DNA of 64,000 nt from assembly GCA_040771805.1 (NCBI GenBank), contig JAXGZJ010000001.1, positions 1,113,287 through 1,177,286 of the forward strand. The letters are read 5' to 3'. The notes beneath the pieces were generated by a model. It made no database searches and was not told the origin of the DNA. It saw only the letters and a list, made by a program, of their open reading frames with translations. Made by a program: the position numbers and the translations under genes. Within the stretch, counting starts at the first letter, position 1. Each line of letters starts with the position of its first letter. Source of the DNA: Methanofastidiosum sp. (GTDB taxonomy: Archaea > Methanobacteriota_B > Thermococci > Methanofastidiosales > Methanofastidiosaceae). Shown here in pieces: positions 57,881-64,000 of this stretch.

Positions 57881-59668
57881 ATGAATAATTTTTGTGTTTT
57901 TAAACATTTTACTATCCCAGAAGATCGAGTATTTTTCAATCCTTCTGAAGAGTTCTATATTGACTATTTGAAGCCATATTATGTCATTACTAAAGATGGC
58001 CAATATCTTTTTGCATCAACTCAAAAAGGTAGGATGCCAGACCAAGTTCATTATATGGTTCCTAAAGATTACAAACTTGGGGTGGGCCAAAAAGGATTTG
58101 ATATTGAAATTGGAAAAGAAATTTATAAAATAATAATGGACTATTTGAGAGAGGTACCTCAAGTAATTGTGGCCGATGGAATTCAAGGAGAAAATGGATA
58201 TGAAGTTGGGATAAGATCAGTTGTAAGTGTAAAAGATCCCCATAGTGCATATATCTCCTGGATGGGAAAGATGATGGTATTTCCTCCAAAAGATGGAATA
58301 AAACCAAGCTGTTACAATTTCATAATACCAGAAAAACTCCCTGAAAAATATACTAATCAAATAAAAAATGTATGGGCAGAATATAATGAGAACGAGCCAT
58401 TATCCCTTTATGATTTTACTGAAATAGAAAACGATATCAGGTGTGTTATAAATCTTGGAATTGATTATTTTGGCGGAGCTTTCAAAAAACCTAATTTAAC
58501 CATGGTTTGGAACAAAGGGGAATCTGAAAATATGATATCCTTCCACGCAGGTCTTGCTGAAAACTCTGTAATAATAGGTCTTAGTGGCACGGGAAAGACC
58601 ACATTAACAGTCGGGCCAAATTTAGAACAAGATGATGCAATCTTAGGGAAAGTAATTGAAAAAAATGGTAAAGTTGTTGATGTAAAACTAGTTGGACTTG
58701 AAGCTGCAAGTTTTGCAAAATCCGAAGGATTATCTGAAAAAAGTCCAGAATATCCGGGTTTAATGAAATCAAGGGAAGGAAACCATGTTGTTTTAGCAAT
58801 GAATATCGACTGTGAAGGAGTGGATTATGTTAAGAAAGAGCTTAGCGGATATCTTGTAGAAATACCTATATCTAGTGGAAACGTAGGATCTTTACAATGT
58901 AAAAGCTATGAAAAAAGTGGAACTACAAACGGTAGATTCATCTTCCTTTTCAGTGATTTAAATCCACATTGGGGCAAGAAGGATAAATATTTAAGAAACT
59001 TCATTTTGAGTTTTAAAAGATATGATATTTTTAATCCTATAATTAAAGTTACTAATCCATTGATGGCTGTTGCGTTTGATAGTGCATGTGAAAGTATAAT
59101 CACTTCAGCTGTGTCAGGTAAAATTCCTGGTACGAGAGTGAGATCTTATTCTGCTACTGACTTTATGGCAAGAGAACAAGCCGAACAGGCAATATTAAAA
59201 AAGAAAGTTTTTGCTGATATGGGCCTAGGACAAGGCGGGAAACTTAATTTTTTTGTAATTAACACTGGATTTGTTGGGGAATTTGATCTAAATGGCAACT
59301 CAATAGGTGGGGAAAAGATAACTGTTTCTGATTCAAAGACACTGCTTAAACTTTCTACACACGGGCATATTAAAAACTGGATAAAAGATCCTGTCTATGA
59401 TTACCTGATTCCACTTCCTAAAGAGCTAAGTGAAGTCCATGGAATGAAAAGCTTTGGAGAAAGATTCAATCCGCTTAACTATTACTCTCCTCATGAGTAT
59501 TTAGAATTTGTTAAGATAGACATTAAAGAAAGAAAAGAATTTCTCTTTAAGATATTTGCATCACAGATGAATTACAAAAATCTGGAAGATGTTATCAGTG
59601 TTTGGGATGAAATTATACTGCCTTCTACTAAAGAAATCAAAAAATTTTATGATACATATTATACATGA
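57881..59668 (+). CDS. pckA: phosphoenolpyruvate carboxykinase (ATP)-like protein, divergent
   Basis: Kinase-1a motif IIGLSGTGKTTL, substrate-loop-like KGRMPDQVHYMV, and adenine-pocket-like VINTGFVG. The order of motifs matches PckA. Confidence 0.65.
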   Translation: MNNFCVFKHFTIPEDRVFFNPSEEFYIDYLKPYYVITKDGQYLFASTQKGRMPDQVHYMVPKDYKLGVGQKGFDIEIGKEIYKIIMDYLREVPQVIVADGIQGENGYEVGIRSVVSVKDPHSAYISWMGKMMVFPPKDGIKPSCYNFIIPEKLPEKYTNQIKNVWAEYNENEPLSLYDFTEIENDIRCVINLGIDYFGGAFKKPNLTMVWNKGESENMISFHAGLAENSVIIGLSGTGKTTLTVGPNLEQDDAILGKVIEKNGKVVDVKLVGLEAASFAKSEGLSEKSPEYPGLMKSREGNHVVLAMNIDCEGVDYVKKELSGYLVEIPISSGNVGSLQCKSYEKSGTTNGRFIFLFSDLNPHWGKKDKYLRNFILSFKRYDIFNPIIKVTNPLMAVAFDSACESIITSAVSGKIPGTRVRSYSATDFMAREQAEQAILKKKVFADMGLGQGGKLNFFVINTGFVGEFDLNGNSIGGEKITVSDSKTLLKLSTHGHIKNWIKDPVYDYLIPLPKELSEVHGMKSFGERFNPLNYYSPHEYLEFVKIDIKERKEFLFKIFASQMNYKNLEDVISVWDEIILPSTKEIKKFYDTYYT

Positions 59669-59710
59669 ATACCGAAAAGCTTTAAAATAAATTCATTTAT
59701 TTTCATGTAG

Positions 59711-59785
59711 CCCGGCGTGGCCTAGTCTGGTTAGGGCAGTGGACTGTAGATCCACGGACCGCTGGTTCAAATCCGGCCGCCGGGA
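59711..59785 (+). tRNA. tRNA-Tyr (anticodon GUA)
   Basis: Hand-folded. Acceptor CCCGGCG/CGCCGGG with the archaeal C1-G72 pair, anticodon arm GTGGA-CTGTAGA-TCCAC, T arm GCTGG-TTCAAAT-CCGGC, discriminator A, followed by a T-run. Confidence 0.9.
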
Positions 59786-60168
59786 CTCTTTTTGATATTT
59801 TCAACTTGATTTTGAAACATGAATAATTTTACAGTTTTAATTTGAATTTTTGGAATCATTATTTCTATAGTTATTGTCTTATTTTACTTCAATAACTACT
59901 TCATGAACGTATTAAAACGTCTCACTTCTTTAAGATTAAATAAGGAAAATTACAGTATTAGTTTTAAGGCCGTATCAAATGCCACTTCAAGCACTTATAT
60001 AACGACAGTTGCTTATTCTGAGAAAGAGGCATTCAGTACAATATCACTTAAACTTATTGTTTCCCAAACTCTATTTTTTCCCTAACTTTAGAATTAATGA
60101 TCTAATTATCTTTATGTCCAATAACTAAGATTAGAAATATTTATATTAAGCCATCATTTATTTAGTAT

Positions 60169-61365
60169 ATGTTTTCTCTAGAGTTACGCTGGAGGATCTT
60201 GATTATACTGTCAGTTTCAGCTATCCTTTCTTTTTCACTATGGTTTAGTGCAAATGCTGTTATACCCCAATTAACGGATTACTTTAGTCTAACAAACTCT
60301 GAAAAAAGTTTACTAAGTATTATAGTCACCATAGGATTTATAGTGGGCGCTCTTACATATGCCATTCTGAATTTACCGGATGTATTTAAAACTAATAATG
60401 TATTTGCAGCATCAGCAGCATTCGGAGGCACTATAAGCTTTATTATAGCATTTTTCACTGAATCTTTTTCCACATTACTCCTACTTAGATTTTTCACTGG
60501 ATTTTTTTTGGCAGGAGTATATCCTACTGGGATGAAGCTAGCATCTTCATGGTTTCAAAAGAAACGTGGATTTGCAGTTGGATGTATGGGTGCATCACTT
60601 GCATTAGGTTCTGGAATGCCATATCTTTTTAATTTAACCGGTATTCCTGAATGGAGAGTTTTAATTAGCTTTTCCGGTATTGCTTCTTTAATTAGCGCAG
60701 TATTAGTTTTTGTGTTTGTGAAAGAAGGGCCCTATACAGCAGGGACAATAAAATTTAAACTAGAAAACCTAAAAGATATATTAAAAAATAAAGAATTAAA
60801 ATTAGTTAACTATGGATATTTTGGACATATGTGGGAACTGTATGCAATGTGGGCATGGATTCCAATATTTTTGAGAGAATCATATATCAAGTCAGGCGTA
60901 AATGAAACTTCAACATTATTTTTTTCCTTTATCACTTTTTTGATATTCTTATTTGGCGCTTTGACAACTTTATTTGGGGGTATTTTTGCAGATAAAATTG
61001 GTAAAGCTCAATTTAATATCTTAATGCTTTCCATAAGTGGGATATGTTCTTTATTAATAGGTTTTACTTATGGAACTAATAATACTGCAATGATTATCAT
61101 TGCTTTAGTATGGGGGATGTCTGCAGTTGCTGATAGCCCTCAATATTCAGGTATGGCTACCGAAGTGGGTGATAAAAAATATATGGGCACTGCAGTAACA
61201 ATACAGCTTGCCATAGGATTTTTGATTTCCATCATTTCTATTAAACTCATTCCACTAGTAGTTGATTTAATTAGTTGGAGGTACGCATTTTCAATTTTAT
61301 TTCTGGGACCGATACTGGGAATTATTTCACTTAGCAAATTTAAATTTCTAAAGAACAACAAATGA
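60169..61365 (+). CDS. MFS transporter
   Basis: 12 TM segments, 398 aa, with the loop motif GIFADKIGK in the second half. Confidence 0.75.
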   Translation: MFSLELRWRILIILSVSAILSFSLWFSANAVIPQLTDYFSLTNSEKSLLSIIVTIGFIVGALTYAILNLPDVFKTNNVFAASAAFGGTISFIIAFFTESFSTLLLLRFFTGFFLAGVYPTGMKLASSWFQKKRGFAVGCMGASLALGSGMPYLFNLTGIPEWRVLISFSGIASLISAVLVFVFVKEGPYTAGTIKFKLENLKDILKNKELKLVNYGYFGHMWELYAMWAWIPIFLRESYIKSGVNETSTLFFSFITFLIFLFGALTTLFGGIFADKIGKAQFNILMLSISGICSLLIGFTYGTNNTAMIIIALVWGMSAVADSPQYSGMATEVGDKKYMGTAVTIQLAIGFLISIISIKLIPLVVDLISWRYAFSILFLGPILGIISLSKFKFLKNNK

Positions 61366-61427
61366 GGCGGATAATAAGGTGTTTTATTTAGAAATACTTT
61401 TATAGTGGGCATAGATTATTGTTTACA

Positions 61428-62078
61428 ATGGAAGAAATTTTTACAAATGTTTTCATTGAGGGGGACAATCTTTATACAAAAAATCTCATTAGAGGAGAGA
61501 GAGTATACGGCGAAAAATTAATTGACTTCAAGGGAAAGGAACTAAGAGAATGGAATCCAAGAAGGTCAAAACTCGCTGCTGCTATAATGAAAGGATATAG
61601 AAATTTACCTTTTAAAAAAGATTCAAAAATGCTCTATCTTGGTGCAGCAACTGGAACAACAGTTTCTCATATTTCAGATATTATTGAAAATGGGAAAATA
61701 TTCTCTATTGAACTGTCTGAAAGAAATATGAGGCAATTTCTTAATATAAGCGAAGTTAGAGATAACATATACCCAATTTTAGAAGATGCTTCAAGCCCTC
61801 ACCTTTATTCAGGTTTAGTGGAACTAGTTGATTTCATTTACCAAGATGTTGCCCAAAAACATCAACATGAAATATTGATTAAAAATTCAGTTTATCTAAA
61901 AAAAGGAGGAATGGCTTTTTATTGTGTAAAAGCGAGAAGTATCGATTCAAGTAAGGATCCAGAAGAAATATTTAAAGAAGAAATAAAGCAACTAGAAAAA
62001 AGATTTAATATTGTTGATACCATTAATCTTTCGCCATTTGAAAAAGATCATATTTTAATAATTGCAACTTTAAGGTGA
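61428..62078 (+). CDS. flpA: fibrillarin-like rRNA/tRNA 2'-O-methyltransferase
   Basis: YGEKLI...ELREWNPRRSKLAAAI and SAM motif KMLYLGAATGTTVSHISDI. The ORF track gives TTG 61419, 3 codons upstream. Confidence 0.9.
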   Translation: MEEIFTNVFIEGDNLYTKNLIRGERVYGEKLIDFKGKELREWNPRRSKLAAAIMKGYRNLPFKKDSKMLYLGAATGTTVSHISDIIENGKIFSIELSERNMRQFLNISEVRDNIYPILEDASSPHLYSGLVELVDFIYQDVAQKHQHEILIKNSVYLKKGGMAFYCVKARSIDSSKDPEEIFKEEIKQLEKRFNIVDTINLSPFEKDHILIIATLR

Positions 62079-62083
62079 TTTAA

Positions 62084-62434
62084 TTGGAAAAAGTAAAACT
62101 TAGATTAAAACTGTTAGTCTCTTATTTAGATAATGGAGACGTGAAAAAAGCAAAGGAAAATTATCTTCAGATCGCTGAACATCTGGGTGACGCTGAATTT
62201 AATAAAGGCTACTCAAAAGCAATAAATGGCATTGTGACATCAATAGAGAAAAATGATAGGGATTCTATTATTTATAAAATTGTTTCAAAAGAAATTGACA
62301 AAAGAGATCTAAAAAAATTACTACTTGAATCTACTAAAAAAACATCAGACATCTTTAGGACTGAAGAAGAAAGGGGATTTGAAACTGCTTGGGTGGATGT
62401 TCTATCAATTTATGTTGAAAAAGCAGGAGCTTAA
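62084..62434 (+). CDS. hypothetical helical protein
   Basis: 116-aa ORF with a TTG start 5 nt after the flpA stop. No domain recognised. Confidence 0.45.
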   Translation: MEKVKLRLKLLVSYLDNGDVKKAKENYLQIAEHLGDAEFNKGYSKAINGIVTSIEKNDRDSIIYKIVSKEIDKRDLKKLLLESTKKTSDIFRTEEERGFETAWVDVLSIYVEKAGA

Positions 62435-62979
62435 AATTTAATTAAGAGCAGTTTTGCTTTTTCTTCAATATAGTATATCTTTTTTAATAGATTATTCTTT
62501 TCCTCTTTATCGTTATCACTTCTGAAGTTAGTCCTTTCAAGTTCTGTCCTAAGTTTTGATAATTTTAATACTTCTTTAAAGCTGTCTTTTTTATCAAGTT
62601 TTTCTGAAAGAAGTCTGTATTCAATAGACTGGAGATTATCTTTAAATCTATTTAGTGCAATAGCGTCCTCTCTTTTTCTTTCGTCATAAAAATTTTGTTG
62701 GAATGTATCCAAATCAGAATAAATTTCCTGAAATTTTTCAGATATACCTTTACCCTCTTTTGTTAAACGTATGAACCTTATCCTGCCTTCTTTATAGGAT
62801 TCCACAAGTCCAAAGCTCTCAAGCTCCTTTAATATATTAAAAACATGTGGATACATAGAGTCAACTTCTTCAGCTATAACTTTTGGATATCTAGGTTTTT
62901 CATCTTCAAGCATGCTAAGTAAAATTTCAACAGTTTTTCTATTGAAAAAAAGCTCCTTCAGATCTTCCATAAAGAACAA
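62431..62979 (-). CDS. winged-helix (MarR/ArsR-like) protein with C-terminal coiled coil
   Basis: wHTH pattern RKTVEILLSMLEDEKPRYPKVIAEEVDSMYPHVFNILKELESFGLVESYKEGRIRFIRLTKEG, followed by a Lys/Glu-rich helix. Confidence 0.6.
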   Translation of the reverse strand: MFFMEDLKELFFNRKTVEILLSMLEDEKPRYPKVIAEEVDSMYPHVFNILKELESFGLVESYKEGRIRFIRLTKEGKGISEKFQEIYSDLDTFQQNFYDERKREDAIALNRFKDNLQSIEYRLLSEKLDKKDSFKEVLKLSKLRTELERTNFRSDNDKEEKNNLLKKIYYIEEKAKLLLIKF

Positions 62980-63082
62980 TAATTCTCTTACCTTAAATTA
63001 ATTTCCTTTGTTATTTTAAAATAAAAAGTCATTTGAGTAGCAAGATATTTAAATCCATCCCTAAAAATAGACTACAGATAAG

Positions 63083-63286
63083 ATGAGTCTTATAGATAAA
63101 AAAGGACCACATATTTGTATTAATTGCGACAATCTTATACAAAAAGATGATGAAAAAGAAATAGGTATATGCTCAATTGCAGCTTCGACAAAAACATTTT
63201 TTAAAAAATATCGCCAAAAATGTGACGAAAGATCAGCACTCACAGGGGAGCTTTGGATATACATTGACGGTGAAGACTGGGGTTAA
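63083..63286 (+). CDS. possible small Cys-containing protein (67 aa)
   Basis: The ORF has a CxxC (CINC) plus two further Cys. No clear ribosome-binding site. It competes with an antisense ORF of equal length. Confidence 0.3.
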   Translation: MSLIDKKGPHICINCDNLIQKDDEKEIGICSIAASTKTFFKKYRQKCDERSALTGELWIYIDGEDWG

Positions 63287-63501
63287 TATCGTAAATATTA
63301 AAGCCATACCTTAAAACTAAGTTAACTCAGAGAATTTAATTTCATTCTAAAGAAAAATTTCTATATAAATAGTTCGATAATGTCATAATTAATTTTATTT
63401 CCATATTAGAACTATATTGCTATTTGAATGTTGTTTTATGTTATTTTTAACTGCATTCAACTTAAATTTTAAATCTTAACAATTTCCTCATCACAAAAAA
63501 G

Positions 63502-63574
63502 TAGCCGGGGGCGGATTCGAACCACCGTTTCAAGGTCCAGAGCCTCGAAGGATTGACCACTACCCCACCCGGCT
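63502..63574 (-). tRNA. tRNA-Gln (anticodon CUG)
   Basis: Reverse complement folds as acceptor AGCCGGG/CCCGGCT (A1-U72), anticodon arm CGAGG-CTCTGGA-CCTTG, T arm GGTGG-TTCGAAT-CCGCC, discriminator A. An oligo-T run follows on the minus strand. Confidence 0.9.
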
Positions 63575-63588
63575 GTTAGATTCAAAAA

Positions 63589-64000
63589 TTAATCCCGATT
63601 AATAAGTTTTTCTGTTTGATTCATATATTCCATACTTTCTTTTTCTAAAATACGTCTAGCGGTGAAATCAGTAAAAAGTTCGTTGAATCTTCGTTTTAAG
63701 GCCCTTATGACATAATCATCATATATCATCTCACTGTTTGTTTCAATATTATAAAGAATAAGGTAATCTGGAGGAAAAGGATTTGAATTTATTTTAGATT
63801 CTCCATTTAATGCAGATACAATATCTTTTTCACTTATATTCCCTTTGGCATAATCTACGACAGATCCCACAATACGTCTAATCATCTGCCATAGAAATCC
63901 ATTTCCGATAAACTCTAATACGTAGACTGACTCTTCTTTTCTGTAACGCGTTTCAATAGTTCTTTTTGTTTCGTTAGTTCCATTATATTTAGAAAACGAA
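63589..64000 (-). CDS. truA: tRNA pseudouridine(38-40) synthase TruA, C-terminal portion (5' end outside window)
   Basis: The minus-strand frame stays open upstream of the listed Met to the window edge. My hand translation there gives ...VYVLEFIGNGFLWQMIRRIVG, the TruA motif. Confidence 0.75.
   Translation of the reverse strand, partial: SFSKYNGTNETKRTIETRYRKEESVYVLEFIGNGFLWQMIRRIVGSVVDYAKGNISEKDIVSALNGESKINSNPFPPDYLILYNIETNSEMIYDDYVIRALKRRFNELFTDFTARRILEKESMEYMNQTEKLINRD

Noticed and set aside
59903-60085. 60-aa ORF in the 380-bp gap between tRNA-Tyr and the MFS gene.
   Set aside because: It has no ribosome-binding site and a Ser/Thr/Leu-rich composition with no features. It is most likely the promoter and leader region of the MFS gene. 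I also saw no G+C-rich structured RNA there.
63061-63264. 67-aa minus-strand ORF mirroring the plus-strand 63083-63286 ORF.
   Set aside because: It has hydrophobic or odd composition and no start context. Of the two mutually exclusive ORFs, only the plus-strand one has a plausible CxxC-containing sequence, and even that is reported only at low confidence.

Overview
AT-rich (about one-third G+C by eye), gene-dense archaeal chromosomal segment with about 70 protein genes and 3 tRNAs. I saw no rRNA, CRISPR array, transposase, integrase or obvious prophage. Archaeal housekeeping markers are spread throughout: Pth2, Cgi121, FtsZ preceded by a CdrS-like RHH gene, SRP54, Gar1, fibrillarin, TruA, a RecJ/GAN-like DHH nuclease and UvrC. 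The lifestyle signature is a methanogen or alkane-oxidising archaeon, probably methyl-reducing. It rests on a complete coenzyme F430 cluster (cfbA-E-D-C-B), sirC-hemA-hemB, a RamA-type corrinoid reductive activase, a GlcD/HdrD-like pair and a stand-alone CooS. No clearly novel multi-gene system such as a defence island is evident. The leads most worth following: (1) a twin GTAACAC box with 20-21 nt periodicity, read directly upstream of both the Nik/Opp-type ABC operon and cfbA, suggesting a shared nickel/F430 regulon operator in an unusual direct-repeat arrangement; (2) a SAM methyltransferase translationally coupled inside that ABC operon; (3) an overlapping three-gene operon of a RamA-like activase, a 693-aa XPB-N-terminal/Tfb2-like protein with a WYL-like C-terminus, and a short PLP-fold protein; (4) a repeat-rich 400-bp control region with a duplicated BRE/TATA module upstream of cdrS-ftsZ; (5) a perfect 57-bp in-frame tandem repeat in an ATP-cone protein. 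All functional calls come from motif recognition by eye. No database search was possible.
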